From the NCBI GenBank assembly GCA_041661275.1, contig JBAZUU010000001.1:35493-99492 (forward strand): a stretch of 64,000 bases of DNA, in the 5' to 3' direction. This DNA comes from Parcubacteria group bacterium. GTDB lineage: Bacteria > Patescibacteriota > Minisyncoccia > Moranbacterales > UBA2206. The number at the start of each line of letters is the position of its first letter. Position 1 is the first letter of the stretch. Both the position numbers and the translations under genes were made by a program. Positions 27,560 to 35,763 of the stretch are shown here, one piece after another. The notes beneath the pieces are model-generated. The model worked only from the letters and a program-made list of their open reading frames with translations. It was not told the DNA's origin and searched no databases.

Positions 27560-27787
27560 CTATAAATGACTTTCCGCTTCAGCGAAGGCCTTGGAAAAAT
27601 CAGCAAAATGATCTTTGAACAACATTATCCGATTAGTTACCCTTTCTCCGTCTTTTTTCTTATACAGTTCAGCGATTGTCAGATAGTGACTGCCGTTAGA
27701 CGCTTTTTTGACATCGAAGAAATAATTTTTGCCTCCCGCTCGAACCATCTGGGAGTGCACTTTCTCCGGCATGTTTTGTCCCTCCAT
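27560..27787 (-). CDS. PUR-alpha-like ssDNA/RNA-binding protein (DUF3276 family)
   Basis: MVRAGGKNYFFDVKKASNGSHYLTIAE...MLFKDHFADFSKAF matches the DUF3276 pattern. Confidence 0.6.
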   Translation of the reverse strand: MEGQNMPEKVHSQMVRAGGKNYFFDVKKASNGSHYLTIAELYKKKDGERVTNRIMLFKDHFADFSKAFAEAESHL

Positions 27788-27907
27788 AATTTTTTGGTAC
27801 GCGTCTTTTAAATTTTTCCATTAGTCTTATGTTAGCTGCAGCTAGATAAAACTTTTGGCGTGACGCATACATATTAAGTATTAGCGCGAGGGTCTTTTTC
27901 CACTCGC

Positions 27908-27963
27908 AGTGATATTCTATCACTGATGATATACCACTGCAAGTACTACCCTGTGGATAACTT
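27908..27963 (-). promoter_or_regulatory. promoter/operator element C: palindrome agtgata-ttc-tatcact with extended -10 (TGaTAGAAT), -35 TTGCAG, box AAGTTATCCACAG
   Basis: Minus strand reads AAGTTATCCACAG-8 nt-TTGCAG-17-TGaTAGAAT, upstream of the gene at 27787. Confidence 0.55.
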
Positions 27964-28013
27964 TACACCATAGCCTACTTGCCCGCCCTTGGAGAGACCC
28001 ATTTTCCTTCTCT

Positions 28014-28328
28014 CTATTTTGAAATGAACAAGATAGCCAGTGCTATGATCAAAAAAAGAAGAAGGCAGCCTAATGTGAGGATGAATAGTTTGACTGCCTC
28101 TTTCTTCTGGCCGTCAAAATAAAGCGTGGCTGGTTTTCCCAAGATCAGAGCGCCCGAAACAGCGGCAGAGAGAACTAAAAGAAGGAGGAGCGTTATTGGA
28201 GCGAAAATAGTATCAGGTTTTTGGCTAAGATATTTTTCAGCGTTTCTAAAGAAAGTTGCGACAAGAATTATATAAACCACTTCGCCCAAAGCGCATAAGA
28301 AAGCAATTTTGAATAATTTTTTTGTCAT
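28014..28328 (-). CDS. small membrane protein (3 TM), hypothetical
   Basis: 104 aa, hydrophobic. Confidence 0.4.
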   Translation of the reverse strand: MTKKLFKIAFLCALGEVVYIILVATFFRNAEKYLSQKPDTIFAPITLLLLLVLSAAVSGALILGKPATLYFDGQKKEAVKLFILTLGCLLLFLIIALAILFISK

Positions 28329-28501
28329 AGTGTTTTTTTGTAAGTTTACCCCGTTAAATTGGTTTTTTATTTAATGGGGTAATTAATTACGTAATTAAAT
28401 GTACCTGACTCCCTCATTCCCCTTATTCTTTATTAGATTAGTGGGATATAAAGTTTGTCTAAAAGTTTGTCTAATGGTTTGTCTAAAATATCGGATTTTA
28501 G

Positions 28502-30160
28502 CTAAACTTTCTGCCACTTGGGATATCTACTTGTGCCCTTGTTTATTATCGTTTTATCCTTTTTAGACATAGCATAAACAATGTTTCTTATTTTATTTTT
28601 CTTTTGTTGTTCATCTAAAATTTTTGGAAGTATATCTAAAATTAATTTTTCAATATCATTTTTAGATGCTTCTTTATACTTCTCTAGATATTCAAGTATC
28701 ATTTTTTTATAATGATCGTCCTTAAATCCTCTCATTTTAATGTATTCGCTCTTTTCTCCAGTTTTAACCGCAACTTTCGAAGAAATGTATATGTTGGGAC
28801 TTCGACCCTCTATGAGATCCCTCCTTCTAAGTTCCTTCGCTTCATATGTGTTTAATTCTTTTCTTTTCTGAACTTTATCCAGAGCGATGATTATTTTCAA
28901 ACCCAGATCGGGAATTTGCGCAAGTTTTTTGGCATATTGTACATCTAGCACTTTTCCTATAATAGTAAGCTTGACTTTCCCGCCAGATAAATCATATTCT
29001 GGAAGAGGGAAAAATTTATTTTTTTGCGATATAAACATCTTTTTTATTCCACTTCCTATTGTGTCAATCATATTTACATTGACCATAGCATCGACAAGAA
29101 ACTTGTTCCTATAATACTCAGACGGTGAATCTGCCTCTATGACATTCTCGATTGTCCCTGGAATAAAAGCACCGAGATTTGAAAATATCAAACTGTCATC
29201 TTCATTTTCAACAACGTTTATTTTTCCTCCAAACTCATAGTCTTGATGAGCAATGCAATTATTAATCGCTTCTCTGATAGTAGTTGGATCATACCTATCA
29301 ATTTCCTCTGGAAAAAGCGTCCTATAAGATATATATCTATAACGCAAATTTCTAATTTTTTTATAAACATTTTCGACAGCTAAAATAAATGGACAACTAA
29401 AATGTTCGTAATCTTTTTCAATGCCATCCTTATCCTTTAAAATCCAAGAGATTTTTGCACAAGCCGGATTAATAAAATGCTCCGCTTCTGTTTTTCCTAA
29501 TAGCACAATGGCTGTTCGTGTAATCTTGCCATTAATCGTAACTCTTGCTTTGTTTAGAAATATCTCGTTGCTCCAACTTTCAATTTCTTTCTTATCAATC
29601 TTGGGATTCTTACGCCCAAATCCTTCTCTCGCTTTCTGTATCGCCCCGCGGTCTAAATCTTCAATTGTAGCACCGTCACAAATTTTAGCACTCCAGTCTT
29701 CCAGCTTTGATTGCAATCGGATTCTCTCAATTTTTTCTATGCTTAACGGAACAAGATCTTCATTTTCTCGAGCATAATAGAATCCTTGCCAGGCAATCGG
29801 AATCCCTTTTGGAGCAGGAGGGATTTCGAATAGAACAACTCTCTTCCCTACCCTTCTCACTTCATAAACATCGATGAAAGATATCCCTCCAGTGGTTTGT
29901 TTAGCTATCTCCGATTTTAAACTGTTTAATTTTACAGGATCTTTTCTATAATTTGTTCCAACAATATTTTTGTTATTTTTTATACCCAAAACCAACCAGG
30001 CTGATTTTATCTTTTTTAAATTTGCTTCGTTGCTAAGTGCGCTAAAATATTTGCCTAGTTTTCTGAAATCAAAATCCGTCTTAGCTTCTTTCCATTCGAC
30101 TACTTCATTTTCAGCCGGAAGTGAAAGAATATAATCAAGTTGTTCTTCTATTTTTTTCAT
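28502..30160 (-). CDS. AlbA_2 (Schlafen-like divergent AAA) DNA-binding domain protein with C-terminal HATPase-like region
   Basis: N-terminal VVEWKEAKTDF...LSNEANLKKIKSAWLVLGIKNNKNIVGT matches the PF04326 pattern. Length 552 aa. Confidence 0.6.
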   Translation of the reverse strand: MKKIEEQLDYILSLPAENEVVEWKEAKTDFDFRKLGKYFSALSNEANLKKIKSAWLVLGIKNNKNIVGTNYRKDPVKLNSLKSEIAKQTTGGISFIDVYEVRRVGKRVVLFEIPPAPKGIPIAWQGFYYARENEDLVPLSIEKIERIRLQSKLEDWSAKICDGATIEDLDRGAIQKAREGFGRKNPKIDKKEIESWSNEIFLNKARVTINGKITRTAIVLLGKTEAEHFINPACAKISWILKDKDGIEKDYEHFSCPFILAVENVYKKIRNLRYRYISYRTLFPEEIDRYDPTTIREAINNCIAHQDYEFGGKINVVENEDDSLIFSNLGAFIPGTIENVIEADSPSEYYRNKFLVDAMVNVNMIDTIGSGIKKMFISQKNKFFPLPEYDLSGGKVKLTIIGKVLDVQYAKKLAQIPDLGLKIIIALDKVQKRKELNTYEAKELRRRDLIEGRSPNIYISSKVAVKTGEKSEYIKMRGFKDDHYKKMILEYLEKYKEASKNDIEKLILDILPKILDEQQKKNKIRNIVYAMSKKDKTIINKGTSRYPKWQKV

Positions 30161-30170
30161 ATACCTACCT

Positions 30171-30602
30171 TTAATTATCTCGATATTTTTTTATAATTTC
30201 CAAACAATCCTCGTAAGCCTCGGCTTTTCCGCCGATAAATTTATTGAGTCCGTATTCTTCGATTTTTTCACTTTCCCACAATTCCTCTTTCCATTCTTTT
30301 CTATAATTTTTTGCTAATGTTGCAATATGATTTTCCAGCGATTTTCCTGTAATTTTTTCAATAAAACCTTTCGACATCAATCGAACTGTGTCCGGATATA
30401 ATTGTTGCAAATTTTCCCAAAGTTCAAATGTTTGATATTTGTCATCTCCACTAATCATTTCCCACTCTTCCGGCTCGATTTCCACAAAATCATCATCTTC
30501 TTCCGTATATTCTTGGCACATAACCAGAAATGGAAAATAAAAATCTTTATACTCATCTAAATATTTCAATATTTTTATTGCCAGCTCTCTTGATATTTTC
30601 AT
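30171..30602 (-). CDS. hypothetical acidic protein
   Basis: 143-aa ORF packed tightly between the AlbA_2 and DpnI-like genes. Confidence 0.4.
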   Translation of the reverse strand: MKISRELAIKILKYLDEYKDFYFPFLVMCQEYTEEDDDFVEIEPEEWEMISGDDKYQTFELWENLQQLYPDTVRLMSKGFIEKITGKSLENHIATLAKNYRKEWKEELWESEKIEEYGLNKFIGGKAEAYEDCLEIIKKYRDN

Positions 30603-30662
30603 AAAATTGGTCAGGATTTAATTTTTATTCCTGATCAATTTTTGATCGGTTTCGTAATTGTG

Positions 30663-31433
30663 TCAAATCGTCAATTTATACCTCCCTTTTCCAATAAATT
30701 CCAAGTATCCGTTGTCCCTCAAGACTTGCAATTGCTGACGAAGTTTATCCTTTATAAAGTTATTTTGGGGATGATTCTTTTTCAGCTCTTTTTCAAAAAA
30801 ATACACCTCATCGAGAGAAAACTCTTTTTTGCCAAGTTTATCGATACAATTCATTGTATCTAAAATCCACCCCTTGGCTGATATTTCTTTCTCATCTCTT
30901 ATAAATAATGTTTTTCGCCAATTTTCCAAAACATTTTTCTTCGTCTCCGCTTTCCTATCTTTGACATAAAATATTTTTCCCGTCTGTGGTATACCAACAA
31001 GTGAAATATTGCACCCTATCCATCCAGCTCGTCTGGCATTTTCCGAAAGTGGTCTTCTTTTTTCAATAATGTCCGGAATAAAAAAATGTTTAGGAATAAC
31101 CAAAAAATTTAGAATCTCGAGATTTTTCAAATCATAATTAAGCAAAAAGAAGTTTGGATTATTGCTACACTGCAATCTTTCAATCATCGTCCGATAAGCA
31201 CCATCAACAATTTTCGTTCCGATTGAATTCTTTTTACTTTTTAGTTCATACTCTTCGGCACAACTCGGACAAAAAAAATCAGCAACTGGCCGATTATTTT
31301 CATAGCTGCTAACATTAGTTCCGCAATTCGGACAATAAATTTCGTTATCAACCCAGCTTTCAGTTAAAACTCTAATTTTTTGCGAGTTACTATTATAGTT
31401 TTCAGCAATTTTAACATCTAGAGCTATTTGCAT
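30663..31433 (-). CDS. DpnI-like methylation-dependent (Type IIM) restriction endonuclease
   Basis: Long collinear similarity to DpnI as I recall it: YNSNSQKIRVLTESWV..YCPNCG..ENNRPVADFFCPSC.EEYELKSKK..DGAYRTM..NNPNFFLL..ARRAGWIGCNI..LNCIDK..IKDKLRQQLQVLRD. Confidence 0.7.
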   Translation of the reverse strand: MQIALDVKIAENYNSNSQKIRVLTESWVDNEIYCPNCGTNVSSYENNRPVADFFCPSCAEEYELKSKKNSIGTKIVDGAYRTMIERLQCSNNPNFFLLNYDLKNLEILNFLVIPKHFFIPDIIEKRRPLSENARRAGWIGCNISLVGIPQTGKIFYVKDRKAETKKNVLENWRKTLFIRDEKEISAKGWILDTMNCIDKLGKKEFSLDEVYFFEKELKKNHPQNNFIKDKLRQQLQVLRDNGYLEFIGKGRYKLTI

Positions 31434-31546
31434 ATTTTAACAAAATTATCCTTTTTGAAATAAGGTTTGTTTTTTATCTCAGACAATATCTTTCTCTGCT
31501 GTGCAACTGTAACCATAGTTTGTAAATTATAACATACGTCCTCCAT

Positions 31547-31603
31547 AGTGATATGGCAACACTACTACAATATCACTGCAATACGCTCGCCTGTGGATAA
31601 CTT
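31547..31603 (-). promoter_or_regulatory. promoter/operator element D: agtgatat-N15-atatcact inverted repeat plus box AAGTTATCCACAG upstream of the DpnI-like gene
   Basis: ctgtggataactt at 31591-31603. Inverted repeat arms at 31547-31554 and 31570-31577. Confidence 0.5.
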
Positions 31604-32252
31604 AATTTTCCCTAAATCTATTATAAAACAACTTCTCGCCTTCTCCGACCACTTTAATTTCATCATCGATGATCGCAACTGCCTGTTGATCAGTAAGGGC
31701 AACTATAGGTAAATTGGTTTTTTTCGCGCCTTCCTGGATAGCTTCAGAAAAATCTTTGGTATAGTGCGCAGTGAGTAAAAAAGGCACAAGATTCAGACCA
31801 GTGAGATCTTTTAGTCCAACCACATCCCTATCCTGATTTTTCCAATGTGACATTTCTATAGTTGGGCAGGCAACATAGCTTCCGGCGCTGACGCCTACAT
31901 AAATTTTTCCTTCGTCCAGAAGTTTTCCAATAATTTTGTCAAAACCACTCTTCCTGGCCCAATCGAGAAGATAAAAAGAATTTCCGCCGTTTACATATAC
32001 AATATCGCAGACTGATAGTTTTTCATATAACGATTCTTCATTCTCTTTTTCCAGATAAACTTCGTCAATTTCCATGCCCATTTCTTTCAACTCATCCTTT
32101 GCTTCCTCGACATAATCCCTGATAACTTCCGGATAGGCGGCTGTAGGAATAAAGCCAACCTTAAGACCACGAGGGTCTTTATCTAAAAAATCCAAAAAAT
32201 ATTTTCTGGTTTCTTCAGGCAATCCGGCCGATGTTAGAAATAATTTTCTCAT
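31602..32252 (-). CDS. peptidase E-like (S51 family) dipeptidase
   Basis: VYVNGGNSFYLL and VGVSAGSYV are S51 signatures. Confidence 0.7.
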   Translation of the reverse strand: MRKLFLTSAGLPEETRKYFLDFLDKDPRGLKVGFIPTAAYPEVIRDYVEEAKDELKEMGMEIDEVYLEKENEESLYEKLSVCDIVYVNGGNSFYLLDWARKSGFDKIIGKLLDEGKIYVGVSAGSYVACPTIEMSHWKNQDRDVVGLKDLTGLNLVPFLLTAHYTKDFSEAIQEGAKKTNLPIVALTDQQAVAIIDDEIKVVGEGEKLFYNRFREN

Positions 32253-32257
32253 AAAAG

Positions 32258-32806
32258 TTAATAAATAAACGGGAATAATTTATAGGGAGTGGTTCTAGTA
32301 TAGGCCTGCCATTCATCCTTATAAAATTCAGCCAGCATTTTTTCTTCTTTGTTTATCTGTTGATTAATAATTCCAAGAATAAAAACGCTAAAAATTATCC
32401 AATAGCTGTTCATAGCAAGCTGGAAGCCGATAATCGCCAAAAGGGAACCAAGATAGGATGGATGCCGCACAATTTTATAGATCCCGTCTGTCACTAAACT
32501 TTCCGGTAAACTGGCAGCGGGCGCGGGAACATAGTTAGATTTAAGCTTGATCCTCGCCACACTGGAAAATGCCGCCCCTCCTATAGACAAAATTGCTCCG
32601 ATATAAGTCACGCTCAAAGGTGCTTTATACACAAAATAATCATAATTGACCAGCTGCATAATGATGGTAATCAGCGCCAATATCTCAGCGATCATCATCG
32701 GCCGGTCAATTTTATTTTTCAGAACACGCTTAATCACGCTTCGCCGCAAACGGATGGCATAAAAAATAATAATAGCGACGATTAGGATTGATTTAATAGT
32801 GAACAT
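32258..32806 (-). CDS. isoprenylcysteine carboxyl methyltransferase (ICMT/PEMT) family membrane methyltransferase
   Basis: VRHPSYLGSLL....EEKMLAEFYKDEW matches the C-terminal family motif. Confidence 0.65.
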   Translation of the reverse strand: MFTIKSILIVAIIIFYAIRLRRSVIKRVLKNKIDRPMMIAEILALITIIMQLVNYDYFVYKAPLSVTYIGAILSIGGAAFSSVARIKLKSNYVPAPAASLPESLVTDGIYKIVRHPSYLGSLLAIIGFQLAMNSYWIIFSVFILGIINQQINKEEKMLAEFYKDEWQAYTRTTPYKLFPFIY

Positions 32807-32816
32807 GAATATACTT

Positions 32817-32850
32817 CAATCCTACGTCAAAACCGGCGCTTTGGCAAAAG
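32817..32850 (-). promoter_or_regulatory. conserved promoter element R1 (TTGCCA-17-TAGGAT with internal GTTTTGACG)
   Basis: One of three near-identical copies. The others are at 33650-33684 and 34619-34653. Confidence 0.4.
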
Positions 32851-32857
32851 AAAAGCC

Positions 32858-33454
32858 CTATTTCAGGCTTTCCAAAAGAAGGGCGCTCATGTAGTGGTCT
32901 ACTTGAAAGTCAGTATTTTTGATAAACTTTTCGATTTCTTTCTTTTCTTTTTTCAGATAAACTATTTTCCCCATCTCAGGCACTAGCCCTTTTTCAGCCA
33001 GGCTTTTTTCAAAATTTTCATAGTGCTTTTTGAATTCATCGCTACTAATTTTGAGCTTTAAAAGAAATATGGCAGCAGCAGTATTCCGCTTTGGAGAATA
33101 TTTTAGATACTTAAGTTCCAGAGAGGAAACTATTTTCTGGTCATCCACTTCTATTCCCACTTCTTCCATAAGTTCTTTTTTAATATTGTGAGAGAGATCA
33201 ATCCTATTTCCACGGATGTCTTTTTTATCCAATCCTCCCCCAACACACTGAACACTACCGGAAATGGCCGTATCGCGACCCATAATTCCAAATATTAAAA
33301 CCTTATCAGAAGTTTCAATGAGGCAAGAAGTATGCAGATTTTTGCAGGCATATTTTTCAGGAAGGCCGATCTTGCGAGTGTAGAGATAATGAGCATAATC
33401 GGAGATGGCTAGAGATGTTTTTATGTCATTACCGTTTTCACTAGTTCCCGTCAT
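32858..33454 (-). CDS. NUDIX hydrolase
   Basis: Nudix box G..(x)..KKELMEEVGIEV. Length 198 aa. Confidence 0.6.
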   Translation of the reverse strand: MTGTSENGNDIKTSLAISDYAHYLYTRKIGLPEKYACKNLHTSCLIETSDKVLIFGIMGRDTAISGSVQCVGGGLDKKDIRGNRIDLSHNIKKELMEEVGIEVDDQKIVSSLELKYLKYSPKRNTAAAIFLLKLKISSDEFKKHYENFEKSLAEKGLVPEMGKIVYLKKEKKEIEKFIKNTDFQVDHYMSALLLESLK

Positions 33455-33649
33455 AGAAAAAACCTCACCACGAGTAAACTTTTTTCCACTAGAGATAAGA
33501 CTGTCCCAATAGGCGTCTACCTTTTCTTGGATATCACTTGGAAGCTCGACTTTCTGGTCAAGATATTCTACTACTAATTGTTTTTTAAGAGTGATTATTT
33601 TATCCGATAGTATAGGGGTTTTAATTATATTTTACTATTATTTGCATTT

Positions 33650-33709
33650 CTATCCTACGCCAAAACCAAAAAATTGGCAAAAAAAGCGGGCTGGCACTGG
33701 CCAGTCCGC
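33650..33709 (-). promoter_or_regulatory. promoter element R2 plus adjacent terminator hairpin (33686-33709)
   Basis: TTGCCA-17-TAGGAT on the minus strand. The gcgggctggc/gccagtccgc stem with A/T runs terminates the upstream gene. Confidence 0.4.
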
Positions 33710-33729
33710 AGGTTTATACGATGCATTTC

Positions 33730-34572
33730 TCAATGTGCTATGTCATCCGAAAAGAACTGGATACTCTCCTTGACTCCGAACGGCACGATGCCAGTGAGTC
33801 GAGTCATGAGTGAGGTGTCGAGCGACGTGTCGGGCGGATGTTTTTTGGGATCATCTGACTTGGACACGCCGACAACAAGAGAAGGATCATATCCCATCGC
33901 TTCCACGGCATCCCGGACAAATTCATAGACACTCATCCGGGGACCGGCGACATGGGCGATTCCCTGATATTCAGAATTGGCCAGCTGCACAGAAACTTTC
34001 GCCACTTGCCTGACATGCATGGGCGAACGGTACATATCACTGAACCATTCAACTCTATGCTTGACAGAAACTGTCTGCTTCACTCTGGAAAGCCTTGAAT
34101 CCAGTCTCGTCTTTTCCTCATCGGCATAGCCATAAATATAGCTTGGCCGGATGATGACATAATTGTGCGCTTCTTCCCGGACGATCTGCTCGCAAAGCGC
34201 CAGATTACCGCCATAGAGCGTCTTGGCATTCGGCGTCTCTATCTCTTTGTAATTTCCCTTAAGGCCGTCATAAATGCCGTCGCTCGAAAAATAGACGATC
34301 CGGCTTTTCCGGCAGGCCCGGACCAGATTACGCATGCCCATAAAAAGCGCGTGCGTTTCCTCGGTGAACTCTACTTTGGCCGTTATGAACACCAGATCGA
34401 CCGCTTCACCTCTCGATACGCTCCGGATGTCATCCTGAAGAATATCGAATAACTGCGAATCACCGCCCACCTGATGCTGATGATGGGTGATTATGGGATC
34501 GACACAAAATGCAGAGATTACTTCGCGGATCTGCGATCCCAGATAGCCCATACCGATAATTGCTACTTTCAT
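33730..34572 (-). CDS. NAD(P)-binding sugar-nucleotide reductase/epimerase (RmlD-like); GC-rich gene
   Basis: N-terminal Rossmann KVAIIGMGYLGSQI. IIRPSYIYG-type motif. Local GC is clearly higher than the surroundings. Confidence 0.6.
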   Translation of the reverse strand: MKVAIIGMGYLGSQIREVISAFCVDPIITHHQHQVGGDSQLFDILQDDIRSVSRGEAVDLVFITAKVEFTEETHALFMGMRNLVRACRKSRIVYFSSDGIYDGLKGNYKEIETPNAKTLYGGNLALCEQIVREEAHNYVIIRPSYIYGYADEEKTRLDSRLSRVKQTVSVKHRVEWFSDMYRSPMHVRQVAKVSVQLANSEYQGIAHVAGPRMSVYEFVRDAVEAMGYDPSLVVGVSKSDDPKKHPPDTSLDTSLMTRLTGIVPFGVKESIQFFSDDIAH

Positions 34573-34618
34573 CTATATCCTCCTTGTTTTGGTTAGGAAC
34601 ATTTGGATTGCTTGTGTT

Positions 34619-34653
34619 TTATCCTACGTCAAAACTTGAATTTTGGCAAAAGA
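34619..34653 (-). promoter_or_regulatory. promoter element R3
   Basis: TTGCCA-17-TAGGAT on the minus strand, upstream of the RmlD-like gene start 34572. Confidence 0.4.
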
Positions 34654-34693
34654 AAATCCCTGCCGAAGTAGATAGGGTTTTTATCGAAAATAT

Positions 34694-35452
34694 TTACGAT
34701 ATCAACTTACTCCAATATGTCCTCACCGCGCCGATCCAGCTGGCAACATTTTCTGGTCGATCCCAGGAGCAAGAAGAACCGCATTTCCAAACGACCATTC
34801 GTTCAGGCGTATTAAGACCCTTATGAGTCAACTCATCAATTCTTCCGCCGACTACTTCCACCGCCTGCTCTGGAGAATCAAAACAGGAATAACCCATAGA
34901 TAATTTGTAATTTCCTTTATATCCCCAGTAGTTATAGCAATCTACGCCAGACTTGGACGGAGCATGCTTTCCCCAATCACTTTCTTTTTTAGCGATAGCC
35001 ACCAGGAAGGCGGCTGTTTCTTTGTCTTTTTGTCCGATAGCTTCGATCATTTTTTCCATCGGGTAGCCGGAAAGAATTTCCCGGATCTTTTTGTCCCGCG
35101 GGTCATTTCCCTTGCTATCTTTCTTATTATTTTTGTCTAGTTTTTCTGAAATCACTGATTTATTTTCCGGCATAACTTCAGCGCAGATTTTTTCGTCTTT
35201 CGCATCTTCCTCGGTCCGGATCTTTTCCATCGGATCGATATTTTCAAGATCAATATCCGTTTTTATCTCTGTCTGTTTAGCCCAAGCCTTTTCTCCAAAA
35301 TGGACTGAAAAAAACAGCCTCGTAATGATTACGAGAGATATTATGACAAGTATTATAAATTTTTTTGTCCTTACCCCCCTAAATCTGTCCCTCCAGGTTT
35401 TCAGATCCGACCCGACAAAGGTTCGAGTCTTCTTCAGGAAATAATCCAACAT
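34694..35452 (-). CDS. membrane-anchored protein with conserved Cys-containing C-terminal domain (paralog of 35764..36843)
   Basis: Shared blocks IAKKESDWGKH, NYWG(Y/F)..., CFDS..AV, VWKCG..CSWD. Confidence 0.5.
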   Translation of the reverse strand: MLDYFLKKTRTFVGSDLKTWRDRFRGVRTKKFIILVIISLVIITRLFFSVHFGEKAWAKQTEIKTDIDLENIDPMEKIRTEEDAKDEKICAEVMPENKSVISEKLDKNNKKDSKGNDPRDKKIREILSGYPMEKMIEAIGQKDKETAAFLVAIAKKESDWGKHAPSKSGVDCYNYWGYKGNYKLSMGYSCFDSPEQAVEVVGGRIDELTHKGLNTPERMVVWKCGSSCSWDRPENVASWIGAVRTYWSKLIS

Positions 35453-35763
35453 TCGGTTCTATCAATTTCCCGGTTCTTTCGGCATATTCTTTTCTTTCCA
35501 AATTCCAGATTTCAGGCAAACACACGGTATTTCGGCCAGCGGCCAGAGATAATTGATTTTTCCCCTTTTTTAGATTGTTAACTCGCATTTTTTGGCTTGT
35601 AAAAGCCATAATTTTGAGCCCCTTAAACACATCTCAATTCAACACCATATTATGCTATCAGATATGGCTTTTCCTGTCAAACCTGCCTGCCGGCAAGGCA
35701 GGGAAGATATCCACAAACAAAAAAAGAGGATCCGAGCCTCTTTTTGGAATATTTTTTCCGATA

